Part shown: positions 1 through 9,406 of the stretch, piece by piece
Layout: every line of letters starts with the position of its first letter
Numbering within the stretch: the first letter of the stretch is position 1
Program-made: the position numbers and the translations under genes
The notes under the pieces: generated by a model
The model's database searches: none
What the model was told of the DNA's origin: nothing
The model's input: only the letters and a program-made list of their open reading frames with translations
Virus record (IMG/VR): IMGVR_UViG_3300042334_000901
Coordinates: 1 to 30,310 of that record
DNA from: a virus
Lineage: Duplodnaviria > Caudoviricetes
Reading direction: 5' to 3' (one strand)
DNA: 30,310 bases

Positions 1-1
1 A

Positions 2-172
2 TTACGAGATTATAAACGTGCATTGCAATCAATTGCATATAGCTATATAGAAATGAGTATAGACAAAGCTGGATTTCAACGCGATGACTATGTAAAAAAA
101 GCAAGAGAAATATTAAACAAATATTCTACCATAACAAGTCCAACAATAAGTATCATAGAAAGAGATTTTTAA
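2..172 (+). CDS. 3' end of a hypothetical protein (partial, starts before the window)
   Basis: Open frame from position 2 (LRDYKRALQSIAYSYIEMS...IIERDF) to TAA at 170-172; the next ATG is at 174. Confidence 0.7.
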   Translation, partial: LRDYKRALQSIAYSYIEMSIDKAGFQRDDYVKKAREILNKYSTITSPTISIIERDF

Positions 173-173
173 T

Positions 174-518
174 ATGAATGAAAAATATGAAGAAATAGCA
201 AAAAAGTATGAAAATATACTTTCATGCTCTATAGAGTGCAATAATGGTTGGTTAGATATTATCAATTATGCATGTTGGCATATTAATCGTAGAGTTTATA
301 ATATGAACTATACAAATTTCAAAATTGTTCAGATAAAAGAAAAATTTGGAAGTCTACGAATTTATACTACATCTAGCGATGATTATATTAATGGTGTTGT
401 TGCAATGGCAGCTTCCATGAGCATGTGTACATGTGAAGTATGCGGAAACAAAGGAAGCACTAGAGCAGATAACCCATGGGTTAGAACATTATGTGACGAG
501 TGCAATAATAAGTCATGA
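174..518 (+). CDS. Conserved phage hypothetical protein with C-terminal Zn ribbon
   Basis: QIKEKFGSLRIY motif followed by CEVCG...LCDEC (two CxxC). Confidence 0.7.
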   Translation: MNEKYEEIAKKYENILSCSIECNNGWLDIINYACWHINRRVYNMNYTNFKIVQIKEKFGSLRIYTTSSDDYINGVVAMAASMSMCTCEVCGNKGSTRADNPWVRTLCDECNNKS

Positions 519-1291
519 TATCTAAAAGTTCATTATATTCAATAATAGGCCACATTCAACACTACTGGGATTACACTGATTCGCTTCCTACAGGAAAACC
601 ACTCGAAAAGTTAATAACCGATGGTCTACGAAGCGTGTATCCTGATTCTAAAGAAATGGGTGCACCCGATACTATTGTTGATGTTGGAAAAGAAAACGAC
701 GCATTTGATATTAAGGGAATTGGTAAGTTAAGTCATTCGTTTAGAATACCAAAAGAAAAGTTTTATATAGACAATCATTACTTATTAAGTAATTTAAAAA
801 ATAACAGTGCATATGTAAAAATACCAAAATATGTTACCACTATGGTTCGTAGACCAAGTGTAGATATAAAATCATATTCTGGAAATGCAAAAGAGATTAT
901 ATCAGAACAAATAAACGAATATAATACATTTGCAATGTCAACCACAAAAAAAGCAGGTTTTGAAAATCTTTATAGCTTTATAACCATATATGGTGAAGAT
1001 AAAGGATTACGAAGTGTTTTTATTTCTATAGATAAATTCAAAATTCCACTTGTAACTGACTACTATACAGTATATAATAAAGCAGGCAAAGCTGTTGGAT
1101 ATGCGGCAAATGATTCAAATGGAAAAACAATGTTTTCATTAAGTTCATTTAATAACGGAAGCACCAATTTTTATAAAACATTTGAAATACCATCTGGTGT
1201 ATTGTATACATGGGAAATAGAAAAAAGACTACCATTAGTATATGATTATGACTATTTGATTAAAAATGGATCATTATCAGAGTTAGATTAA
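515..1291 (+). CDS. Hypothetical protein, possibly a PD-(D/E)xK restriction-endonuclease-like nuclease
   Basis: 258 aa, ATGA overlap with the upstream gene; GKPLE...IVDV...FDIKG spacing resembles E...(P)D...(D/E)xK. Function is tentative. Confidence 0.45.
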   Translation: MISKSSLYSIIGHIQHYWDYTDSLPTGKPLEKLITDGLRSVYPDSKEMGAPDTIVDVGKENDAFDIKGIGKLSHSFRIPKEKFYIDNHYLLSNLKNNSAYVKIPKYVTTMVRRPSVDIKSYSGNAKEIISEQINEYNTFAMSTTKKAGFENLYSFITIYGEDKGLRSVFISIDKFKIPLVTDYYTVYNKAGKAVGYAANDSNGKTMFSLSSFNNGSTNFYKTFEIPSGVLYTWEIEKRLPLVYDYDYLIKNGSLSELD

Positions 1292-1293
1292 TT

Positions 1294-1686
1294 ATGGATG
1301 AACTTAGAGTATTAGTATGTGGCGGCAGAAATTATAGCAACATACCAAAAATATATGAAATATTAGATATATTATATGAAGTATCGCAGCAATCAAAAAA
1401 TGATTCAATAAATTTATCAGAAAACAAAATTGTCTTAATACAAGGCGGTGCCAAAGGTGCTGACCGTATAGCAAGTATGTGGGCAAAAGATAGAAATGTC
1501 GAACAAGAAGAATATGAAGCAGATTGGACTACCTATGGAAAATCGGCTGGATTTATAAGAAATTCATTAATGTTAAAAGTAGGAAAACCAGATATGGTTA
1601 TTGCATTTAGTGGAGGGGTAGGAACAAAAATGATGATTGACATTGCTAAAAAAGCTGGCGTCCCTGTAGAAGTAATAGAAGAGTAA
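1294..1686 (+). CDS. SLOG-family (YspA/DUF2493-like) protein
   Basis: RVLVCGGRNY, IQGGAKGAD, GKSAGFIRN, AFSGGVGT motifs. Confidence 0.85.
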   Translation: MDELRVLVCGGRNYSNIPKIYEILDILYEVSQQSKNDSINLSENKIVLIQGGAKGADRIASMWAKDRNVEQEEYEADWTTYGKSAGFIRNSLMLKVGKPDMVIAFSGGVGTKMMIDIAKKAGVPVEVIEE

Positions 1687-1687
1687 A

Positions 1688-2095
1688 ATGAAAGAATATC
1701 TAATAACAACAACGGATAGATGGACATTTTATGAAGTTCATACCTACAAAAAAGGCGAAATATATATTGAGTTGACAAACTGTTGTAAGTATGGTAATAT
1801 AAGACTCAAAATATATGAAGATGATATTTTTCCTATAGATGAATTTGATTCTGACTACTACATTAGAGAAGATCAATTTTATATCGAAGAAACTGGCGAT
1901 GAAGAATTTATTAATGTTAATGTGTTTTCTTCTGATGATTGCGATCATTCAGAAATTTATAAATGGATGGATGAATATGATCCAGAAAGTGAACAATATT
2001 GGAATCGCCAAGACTATATAGAAAATAATGAATGGGAATATGTATCATCGCAATATTATTTTGAAAATCCAACAATCGAAGAAATTATTGAATAA
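1688..2095 (+). CDS. Highly acidic hypothetical protein
   Basis: 135 aa, D/E- and aromatic-rich, tightly packed between neighbours. Confidence 0.7.
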   Translation: MKEYLITTTDRWTFYEVHTYKKGEIYIELTNCCKYGNIRLKIYEDDIFPIDEFDSDYYIREDQFYIEETGDEEFINVNVFSSDDCDHSEIYKWMDEYDPESEQYWNRQDYIENNEWEYVSSQYYFENPTIEEIIE

Positions 2096-2104
2096 GGAAA
2101 AACA

Positions 2105-2695
2105 ATGCCAAATTTTATACCAAGCGTAATAGAAAAAAACTCACACGGTGAACGTGCATATGATTTATATTCTCGTCTTTTAAAAGATCGTATAATCATG
2201 CTAGACACTGATGTTAATAGTCATAGTGCAAGTCTAATAGTTGCACAAATGTTATTTCTTGAGAGTGATAACAATTCCCTTCCTATTAATTTTTATATTA
2301 ATAGTCCCGGTGGATCAGTAAGTGATGGTTTCAGTATACTAGATACAATGGATTTCATTAAAAGTCCCGTTCATACCGTAGTAATGGGGCAAGCAGCTAG
2401 CATGGGATCACTACTAGCACAAGCAGGCGAACAAGGCCATCGCTACATCATGACTCATGCAAGACATATGATCCATCAAGTTAGTTCTGGAACTAGAGGA
2501 ACAGCAATGGATATGAAAATTGCAATGGATGAAACTTTGCGTATTAATAAAGAATTGATCGAAGTATATGTCAAACATAATACTGCTGGCAAGACATACG
2601 AACAATTTGAAAAAGATATGTCACGAGATTATTATATGACTGCCACAGAAGCAATCAATTATGGGCTTGCTGATAGTATTGTAACAAAAAAATAA
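2105..2695 (+). CDS. clpP: ATP-dependent Clp protease proteolytic subunit
   Basis: [23 protein letters not shown], catalytic Ser in AASMG, His in MIHQ, Asp in RDYYM; AAGGA RBS. Confidence 0.97.
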   Translation: MPNFIPSVIEKNSHGERAYDLYSRLLKDRIIMLDTDVNSHSASLIVAQMLFLESDNNSLPINFYINSPGGSVSDGFSILDTMDFIKSPVHTVVMGQAASMGSLLAQAGEQGHRYIMTHARHMIHQVSSGTRGTAMDMKIAMDETLRINKELIEVYVKHNTAGKTYEQFEKDMSRDYYMTATEAINYGLADSIVTKK

Positions 2696-2699
2696 AAGT

Positions 2700-2734
2700 T
2701 TATAATATCATAGTGATTCACTATGATATTATAA
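2700..2734. repeat. Perfect 17-bp inverted repeat with 1-nt spacer
   Basis: ttataatatcatagtga-t-tcactatgatattataa, immediately after the clpP stop. Confidence 0.95.
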
Positions 2735-2750
2735 TACAATTGGAGAATAT

Positions 2751-2996
2751 ATGACAATTGAAGATTTTGTAGGAAACAGTTTAGCAATAGGTGACTATGT
2801 TGCTATATCTAGAAAAGATCAAACTAATCTAGTATATGGAAAGATAATAAAAATATCTACAACTAAATCAGGTGCCAGTTCTGTTGGGATAGAAACCGAT
2901 GGACCGTTTAAAATGACAAATACAGTATATCGCGTTCCACACAATACTATAAAACTTGATAAAAATGTAGTCGCATATAAGGTATTAATAAAATAA
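2751..2996 (+). CDS. Small hypothetical protein (SH3/KOW-like beta barrel possible)
   Basis: GGAG RBS; DFVGNSLAIGDYVAI start typical of small phage beta-barrel proteins. Confidence 0.7.
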   Translation: MTIEDFVGNSLAIGDYVAISRKDQTNLVYGKIIKISTTKSGASSVGIETDGPFKMTNTVYRVPHNTIKLDKNVVAYKVLIK

Positions 2997-3011
2997 TATG
3001 GGAACTAAATC

Positions 3012-3191
3012 ATGACTATAAATAATGATGAAAAAGAAAATAGTTCTAATTTAGTAGATAATTCTGCAAATCAAGAAGTAATTGAATTTCTTGAGTATTT
3101 TGAAAATAAAGTTCCAAATCCTGAGAATTATCCTGCTGCATTTGAATTTTATGTTAAAATGTATAAGTTTCATAAAGGTTATAATGAATAA
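3012..3191 (+). CDS. 59-aa hypothetical protein (absent from the ORF track)
   Basis: GGGA RBS; MTINNDEKENSSNLVDNSANQEVIEFLEYFENKVPNPENYPAAFEFYVKMYKFHKGYNE*; fills the gap and overlaps the next ATG at 3184. Confidence 0.7.
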   Translation: MTINNDEKENSSNLVDNSANQEVIEFLEYFENKVPNPENYPAAFEFYVKMYKFHKGYNE

Positions 3192-3696
3192 ACAATTACC
3201 AAAATTAATAATAATAGGTCATGGCAGACATGGAAAAGATACTGTTTGTGATATTTTACAAAGAGACTACAATTTTAAGTTTATGAGTAGTAGTCAATTT
3301 TGCAATGAAAAAGTGTTATTTCCTGTGCTTTCTCCAATATATGGGTATACTACATTAGAAGAATGCTATAATGATAGACATAATCACAGAAAAGAATGGT
3401 ATGATTTAATAGCTGAACATAATTCAGATGATCCTGCAAGACTTGGAAAAGAATTATTTTCGCAATTTGATATATATTGCGGATTGCGTAGAAAAGAAGA
3501 ATTAGAAGCACTAACTGAACAAGACGTGTGTGATTATATCATCTGGGTCGATGCCAGTAAAAGACTTCCACCAGAAGACGAAAGTTCTTGCACTGTGACC
3601 AAAGATATGTCAGATTACGTTATAGACAACAACGAAGACTATGATTCGTTGTTGAGAAACGTAAAAACATTGTTTGACTTTATATTGGATAACTGA
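3184..3696 (+). CDS. Deoxynucleoside monophosphate kinase-like P-loop protein
   Basis: IIIGHGRHGKDT Walker A directly after MNKQ at 3184 (preferred to the TTG start at 3082); GLR..EE and IIWVDA motifs. Confidence 0.75.
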   Translation: MNKQLPKLIIIGHGRHGKDTVCDILQRDYNFKFMSSSQFCNEKVLFPVLSPIYGYTTLEECYNDRHNHRKEWYDLIAEHNSDDPARLGKELFSQFDIYCGLRRKEELEALTEQDVCDYIIWVDASKRLPPEDESSCTVTKDMSDYVIDNNEDYDSLLRNVKTLFDFILDN

Positions 3697-3697
3697 A

Positions 3698-4396
3698 ATG
3701 AAAATCGTTGGTGGTCATGACTATTGGGATTCTGCTGCGGCTTATGGAGTTGATAAGTCAGTAACATTGGTCCGTAATTCTAATTTTGAGAAATCAGATT
3801 TTTCCACCAACGAATTCTTTTTTCCTAAAATTCGTGTTGCTACTACAGAAAAAAGAGACAAGCGTTTGAACATTGGTGCAATTATGTGCGTTGGTGCAGT
3901 ATTTCCGTTTGTTTATGAAGAAATTTGGAATGGAACGCATTGGCAAAATGTAATAATGTATGACGTTTCTGACATTATTGAAAAATATCCAGATATGGAT
4001 AATCATAGCGTATGGTGGGGATCACATAAAGAAGATTATCTTTGGTTTTGTAACCAACCTGCATTCCAAGAAAAAGCAGTAATAGATTTTTTGTGCAAGC
4101 ATAATGCTGCATTTGCTCTTATTATGCCAGAAGAATATAGTCATGGTGGATGGAATTGGCGTCAAACTAATGAGCCAATCCATAAGAAAAGTAATGTATG
4201 GATTAATCCATCTAATTTAAAAGCTTGGGATTTCTTTAAAATTAAAGATAGCTTTACCATGTTTATGGAAGTAGATCAGTGGGTTAGTGGAGTTTTGCCA
4301 CAAAATAAAGAAACCGTTATTTTGTCAGATAAAAGCAAAATTGTAAAAGCTGGATTTGATCTTAAAACGTCATTTAGAAAGTCTAAAAAAGATTAA
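3698..4396 (+). CDS. Conserved phage hypothetical protein
   Basis: MKIVGGHDYWD start; ends K...GFDLKTSFRK. ATG at 3698 follows the upstream stop. Confidence 0.7.
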   Translation: MKIVGGHDYWDSAAAYGVDKSVTLVRNSNFEKSDFSTNEFFFPKIRVATTEKRDKRLNIGAIMCVGAVFPFVYEEIWNGTHWQNVIMYDVSDIIEKYPDMDNHSVWWGSHKEDYLWFCNQPAFQEKAVIDFLCKHNAAFALIMPEEYSHGGWNWRQTNEPIHKKSNVWINPSNLKAWDFFKIKDSFTMFMEVDQWVSGVLPQNKETVILSDKSKIVKAGFDLKTSFRKSKKD

Positions 4397-4441
4397 ATTA
4401 AATGTCGTCTAACAATTAAGCTACCGAGATTTAATCCATTT

Positions 4442-5014
4442 TTAAGGCACCGCAGGATAGTTGGTTGTCTTTACATATGTAGCTGTAATCTTGGCTCCAG
4501 TAAAATTATTAGTCCATGTTGCTAACCACGGCCACTGGACATTATCGTATGAAATAGCAAAAGTTCTTTGAGCCGTATCATTAACATACGCCCAGTAAAC
4601 ACCATTCCATCTTACTTGTTCGTCTCCGTAAATATATGTTTCTTTTCCATATGGATAGTATCCAATTGGAGTCATCTTACGCCAACTCTGTCCGCCAACA
4701 AAGCCAGAACCTGCGACACCTTCAGTATTATAAAGAGGGCCATCCATCAATACCCATGCTGTGGCATCAGGTTCTGCAGCATTGGCAGGATTATCCATAC
4801 CAATAAATATAGCAATCCAAGGACGACCTAATACTAATCCGCCAATATTTGGATTGTCAACTACTACATTGCCATCATACTGCGTGGGCAACTGTGTAAT
4901 AATATAAGAGGCTCTTGAGTTTCCAACAGCAGTCCTATTTATAGCAGCTAAATCAAGTTTAGCAACTTGGCGGGCTTGTTTGGTAGATAGTGTTGAAATG
5001 CCATTTAATGCCAT
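4442..5014 (-). CDS. Probable virion-associated protein (N-terminal module plus aromatic-rich C-terminal domain)
   Basis: MALNGISTL...QLPTQYDGN...GLVLGRPW followed by a W/Y/G/T-rich beta-type region; start at 5014 abuts the upstream gene's stop at 5016. Confidence 0.6.
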   Translation of the reverse strand: MALNGISTLSTKQARQVAKLDLAAINRTAVGNSRASYIITQLPTQYDGNVVVDNPNIGGLVLGRPWIAIFIGMDNPANAAEPDATAWVLMDGPLYNTEGVAGSGFVGGQSWRKMTPIGYYPYGKETYIYGDEQVRWNGVYWAYVNDTAQRTFAISYDNVQWPWLATWTNNFTGAKITATYVKTTNYPAVP

Positions 5015-5015
5015 A

Positions 5016-5249
5016 TTATATTCCACTTAATCTGCGAATTTCACTTAGTTGATTCTCTTTATTTTTATAGTCTATATCAGATATGATTTCTTCATAATCT
5101 TTCATTGTTACAACTTTTTCTTTACTGATTTCAACAATTTTTTCTGCAATTATATGCAATGCTGCATCATCTTTTACTTCTTCTCTTGCTAGTTCTAAAA
5201 ACCTAATAAATGTAGGAACATCAACTTTAATAATGTCAGTGGGGTTCAT
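5016..5249 (-). CDS. Small hypothetical protein, probably late
   Basis: AGGAG RBS (5258-5262, minus strand), CTAAATA upstream; ends LSEIRRLSGI. Confidence 0.75.
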   Translation of the reverse strand: MNPTDIIKVDVPTFIRFLELAREEVKDDAALHIIAEKIVEISKEKVVTMKDYEEIISDIDYKNKENQLSEIRRLSGI

Positions 5250-5276
5250 TTTAGTATCTCCTGTTGAATATGTTAC

Positions 5277-5283
5277 TATTTAG
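5277..5283 (-). promoter_or_regulatory. Putative late promoter (CTAAATA)
   Basis: Variant of the T4 late consensus TATAAATA, about 28 nt upstream of the minus-strand gene pair. Confidence 0.5.
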
Positions 5284-5307
5284 TAATACCAAGTAGTAAA
5301 TAAGCAC

Positions 5308-5336
5308 TTGACATGTGGAGAAAAGCACATTATACT
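5308..5336 (+). promoter_or_regulatory. Sigma70-type promoter
   Basis: TTGACA-17 nt-TATACT. Confidence 0.85.
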
Positions 5337-5365
5337 CGCCCTATATTAGTTAAATAAGGTTCAAC

Positions 5366-5887
5366 ATGAAAGAAATATGGATTACCAGCGACCATCATTG
5401 GTTTCAAGAAAGCATTTTAGAATTCAAAGATAATAGTGGAAATCTTGTTCGTCCACAATTTTCATCTGTTACAGAAATGGATGAATTTATGATAGAACGA
5501 TGGAACAGTGTTGTAAAACCATATGACAAGGTTTATCATCTGGGAGATTTTTTTGTTGGAGATATAAATAAGTTTCCAGAACTTAGAAAAAGATTACACG
5601 GAAAAATAAATCTTATTATTGGAAATCACGATGATTTAGATTTTATGGTAAATAGTAAGGCATTTAATAAAGTACAGTTTTGGAGAAAACTTCCAGAATT
5701 TGGATTGTTGTTATCTCATGTTCCACAGCATAAAGAAACATTATACCATTATCATACGCAATCATATTTAACGAATGTCCATGGACATATACATCAAAAT
5801 GACGCATATGAAGAATACCATATAAATGTTTGTGTTGAAAAAACTAATTATACACCAGTAAATATCGAAGATTTGCGAATTAAATGA
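5366..5887 (+). CDS. Calcineurin-like metallophosphoesterase
   Basis: SDHH, HLGDF, IGNHD, SHVP, HGHIH motifs. Confidence 0.93.
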   Translation: MKEIWITSDHHWFQESILEFKDNSGNLVRPQFSSVTEMDEFMIERWNSVVKPYDKVYHLGDFFVGDINKFPELRKRLHGKINLIIGNHDDLDFMVNSKAFNKVQFWRKLPEFGLLLSHVPQHKETLYHYHTQSYLTNVHGHIHQNDAYEEYHINVCVEKTNYTPVNIEDLRIK

Positions 5888-5897
5888 AAGATACATT

Positions 5898-7718
5898 ATG
5901 ACAGAAAAGTTTGAGATTTTATCACCAAGAAAACATGCTCGTGCTAGAATTGGTATGTATATGGGGTCAGCATCATTAGAGAATACAGAACGGTTTGTTT
6001 TGGGAGTTTGGAAATCTGTTTCTTACGTTCCTGCTCTTAACAAAATGATTGATGAAATTATCGACAATGCAATAGATGAATCAATTAGAACAAAGTTTGA
6101 GTATGCAAATAAGATTGATGTTACTATAGATAAAAATAAAGTAATTGTATCTGATAATGGTCGTGGTATTCCACAAGATACTATTCGTGATACGGTTACA
6201 AATGAAACACTATTACGCCCAGTAGCCGCATGGACGCGAACCAATGCAGGAACTAGTTTCACTGATGATCGTACTACAATTGGGGCTAACGGCGTTGGTA
6301 GTGCTGTTACCAACTTTCTAAGCGTATCTTTCCTTGGTGAAACATGGCGTGATGGGCAGTTAGTAATTGTTGACTGCAAAGATGGGGCAGATATAATCAT
6401 GACCCAACTCAAGAAAAAAGTAGGAAATGGAACTAGGGTTTCATTTGTTCCAGACTTTTCTCTGTTTGGTGTTAATAGCTTGGTAGAAGCCAATACTATT
6501 GATCTTGTCGAAGATCGTATTACAAGTTTGCAGCTTGCTTTTCCTGAAATTCAGTTTTCTCTAAATGGAAAAAAAGTAAGTGAAAATAGTCTGAAAAAAT
6601 ATGCAGCATTATTTGGTAGTGAAAATCCAGTAATTTATCAAACAGATAATATTGGAATGTTCTTTATTGGTAGTGAAGACGGTTTCAGAAGCAATTCATA
6701 TATAAATGGAGTTAATACTAGACTTGGTGGGGTTTATGTAGATTATGTAGTCAATGGTGTTATTGATGAATTGGTAACACAAATTAAGAAAAAGCATAAG
6801 ATCGAAGTTGCAAAAAGCGTAATCAAAAATGGATTAAGCTTCTTAATGTTTGCTCGTAATTTTACCGATCCAAAATTTGATTCACAAACTAAGGAACGAT
6901 TGACTAGTTCTATTTCATCAGTAAAAGAACATTATACTGCAAGTAGTGGACCTGATTTAGTAGCAATCGCAAAGAAAGTATTGGCGAGTGCAGAAATTAT
7001 TGATCCTATTATCGAAGCACAACTTGCAAAACGACTAGCAGCCGAGCAACGAGAAGCGAATGCTGCACAGAAAAAGTTAAAAAAGGTAAAGGTTGCAAAA
7101 CATATTTCTGCAACAAAAGATGATGCTACACTATTCTTGTGCGAAGGTGATTCTGCATTGGGATCATTCTTGAAAGTTCGTAATCCTGCTACATCGGGTG
7201 GTTTTCCGTTGCGTGGCGTTATTTTAAATACATGGGATATGAAACCACATGAAGTATTAAAAAATAAAGAACTAAGTGAATTAATTTCTGTGTTAGGATT
7301 AGATATTAATAATCCAAATAGTGTAAAGGATATGAATTACAAAACTATTGCAACACTTACTGATGCAGATCATGATGGTATTGGTCATATTGCTCCCTTA
7401 TTAGTTGCATTTTTCTATAAGTATTGGCCTAAGCTATTTTTAGAGAAAAGAATATGTATAACTAGAACGCCGATTATGATTAGCACTAAAGCAAAAGATG
7501 TAAAATGGTTTTATTCTTATGTAGAATCATCTGAATTTAAAGATAAAAATAACGGGTATACTCATCGTTATATCAAAGGACTTGCATCATTGACAACAGA
7601 AGAGTATGATATTATCATCAACAAACCAGTCTTTGATACTGTAGTAACGGATGATCCTAATTGCTTTGAAATTATGTTTGGTAAAGAAGCTGATCTTCGT
7701 AAAGAATTTTTGAAATAA
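5898..7718 (+). CDS. T4-type DNA topoisomerase II large subunit (gp39+gp60 fused; GHKL ATPase + TOPRIM)
   Basis: EIIDNAIDE, DNGRGIP, GANGVG, FDSQTKE, EGDSA, PLRG, DADHDG, YIKGLASL. Confidence 0.96.
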   Translation: MTEKFEILSPRKHARARIGMYMGSASLENTERFVLGVWKSVSYVPALNKMIDEIIDNAIDESIRTKFEYANKIDVTIDKNKVIVSDNGRGIPQDTIRDTVTNETLLRPVAAWTRTNAGTSFTDDRTTIGANGVGSAVTNFLSVSFLGETWRDGQLVIVDCKDGADIIMTQLKKKVGNGTRVSFVPDFSLFGVNSLVEANTIDLVEDRITSLQLAFPEIQFSLNGKKVSENSLKKYAALFGSENPVIYQTDNIGMFFIGSEDGFRSNSYINGVNTRLGGVYVDYVVNGVIDELVTQIKKKHKIEVAKSVIKNGLSFLMFARNFTDPKFDSQTKERLTSSISSVKEHYTASSGPDLVAIAKKVLASAEIIDPIIEAQLAKRLAAEQREANAAQKKLKKVKVAKHISATKDDATLFLCEGDSALGSFLKVRNPATSGGFPLRGVILNTWDMKPHEVLKNKELSELISVLGLDINNPNSVKDMNYKTIATLTDADHDGIGHIAPLLVAFFYKYWPKLFLEKRICITRTPIMISTKAKDVKWFYSYVESSEFKDKNNGYTHRYIKGLASLTTEEYDIIINKPVFDTVVTDDPNCFEIMFGKEADLRKEFLK

Positions 7719-7727
7719 GGTAATACA

Positions 7728-9041
7728 ATGAAAACACAAGATTACACATTAAGCGATATTGCAAATAATGAATGGCGTGAATTTGCAATGTATACAATCG
7801 AAGGCCGTGCTATTCCTAGCATGATAGATGGACTTAAACCATCGCAAAGGTTTTATCTGTATTCATCATTGGTGAATTCTGCAAAGGAATTTAAAAAAGT
7901 AAGTGCAATTGCAGGTATTGTAAGTGATTATGGATATACTCACGCAGAAACCGCCGTTGCATCTACTGGGCAACTTATGGCGGCAGAATGGTATAATAAT
8001 CTATGTCTGGTTGAAGGGCGAGGAAGTTTTGGTTCTAGGTTAATCCAAGAAGCAGGTGCACCACGTTATGTATATACGCGAGTTCATAAAAACTTTAGTA
8101 AATATATCCAAGACATTGATTTGTGTCCAGTTCATTCTGATCCAGAACATATTCCACCACAATATTATCTTCCTGTAATTCCATTAGTATTAATTAATGG
8201 GGTTAAAGGGGTTGCAGTTGCATTTGCTACTAATATTCTCCCAAGATCAGTTGATGATGTAAAAAAAGCATGTAATGAATATCTAAAAACTGGAAAAATA
8301 AAAAATAGATTGGCAGTTAAATTCCCACAATTTACTGGAACTACCGAATACGATGCATTAACAAATAAGTATAGTTGTGTTGGAGTATTCACTCGACAAG
8401 GCAAAACAAAACTAATAATTACTGATGTTCCTTATGGACATGATCGCGAATCATACATCAAGATACTAGATAGTATTGAAGATGCTGGCGACATAGTGTC
8501 GTATGAAGATCGGTGTAATTCCAATGGATTCGAGTTTGAAGTAAAGTTAAAAAATCATGCAGGTGATTGGGACAATGATAAAATCATTAAAGAATTTAAA
8601 TTATCCAAACCTCATACTGAAAACTTAACAGTAATTGATCAAAATGGAAAGTTACGGGAATATTCTGATGAACGTGATCTAATTAAAGATTTTTGTGAGT
8701 TTCGTATTGGCATTTTACAAAAACGAATTGAATTAAATTTGAAATTAGTCAAAGAAGAAGCACGTTGGCTAAAAGTGAAGATGGAATTCATTTTAGGAAT
8801 ACTAAATGGTAAGATTATTTTTAAAAATAACAAAAAAGATGTAGTCGTTTCCCAAATTGCAAAAAATACAACAGCAATCGAAACTGACTATGACCGATTG
8901 TTACGTATTAATATGCTATCCTTGACACTTGAGCAAGTAGATGATCTTAAAAACCAAATAGAAGAATGTGTTAAAAAAACGATTTATTGGAGTTCTACTA
9001 CTTCTAAAGATCAGTTTTTGTTAGATTTAAAAGAAATATAA
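7728..9041 (+). CDS. T4-type DNA topoisomerase II medium subunit (gp52-like)
   Basis: RAIPSMIDGLKPSQR, catalytic Tyr in AGAPRY, YLPVIPLVLING. Confidence 0.96.
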   Translation: MKTQDYTLSDIANNEWREFAMYTIEGRAIPSMIDGLKPSQRFYLYSSLVNSAKEFKKVSAIAGIVSDYGYTHAETAVASTGQLMAAEWYNNLCLVEGRGSFGSRLIQEAGAPRYVYTRVHKNFSKYIQDIDLCPVHSDPEHIPPQYYLPVIPLVLINGVKGVAVAFATNILPRSVDDVKKACNEYLKTGKIKNRLAVKFPQFTGTTEYDALTNKYSCVGVFTRQGKTKLIITDVPYGHDRESYIKILDSIEDAGDIVSYEDRCNSNGFEFEVKLKNHAGDWDNDKIIKEFKLSKPHTENLTVIDQNGKLREYSDERDLIKDFCEFRIGILQKRIELNLKLVKEEARWLKVKMEFILGILNGKIIFKNNKKDVVVSQIAKNTTAIETDYDRLLRINMLSLTLEQVDDLKNQIEECVKKTIYWSSTTSKDQFLLDLKEI

Positions 9042-9052
9042 AATATTTTATA

Positions 9053-9081
9053 TTGACACTACCATTATAATGTGGTATATT
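9053..9081 (+). promoter_or_regulatory. Sigma70-type promoter with extended -10
   Basis: TTGACA-17 nt-TATATT, with TG one base upstream of the -10. Confidence 0.85.
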
Positions 9082-9101
9082 AGCGACTAAGGGAAAGCAT
9101 A

Positions 9102-9398
9102 ATGGATCAACTACAATTTAAAGTAATGTCTAGCTGGACCAGATTACAAAATGCTTTCCCACATCGTTTCATTATAGAATTTGAATATAGTTCAGAGGAT
9201 AATCCACAGGGAAATAACGTAAGATATTTTAAAAAGTATAAAAAAATGTTTGTAAAATATCTTAACGAAAGTTATGGAAATGAAACAACTGATTGGATGA
9301 TTGCCAAACAAAATGGTCCTTATAATTTTGGGGCATCATTGATGGTTGGTTTTAGAGATAATACCAACGCTGCTGCATTTATATTAGAAAACACATAG
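9102..9398 (+). CDS. Hypothetical protein
   Basis: 98 aa, AGGG RBS, first gene after the promoter. Confidence 0.7.
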   Translation: MDQLQFKVMSSWTRLQNAFPHRFIIEFEYSSEDNPQGNNVRYFKKYKKMFVKYLNESYGNETTDWMIAKQNGPYNFGASLMVGFRDNTNAAAFILENT

Positions 9399-9406
9399 GA
9401 GAAAAA

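Noticed and set aside
4397-4435. Imperfect inverted repeat between convergent genes
   Set aside because: AT-rich 11-bp arms with a mismatch and a 17-nt loop; too weak to call a terminator.
5898-9041. T4 gene 60-style ribosomal bypass, intron or intein in the topoisomerase genes
   Set aside because: Both subunits are continuous, of normal length, with all motifs in one frame.
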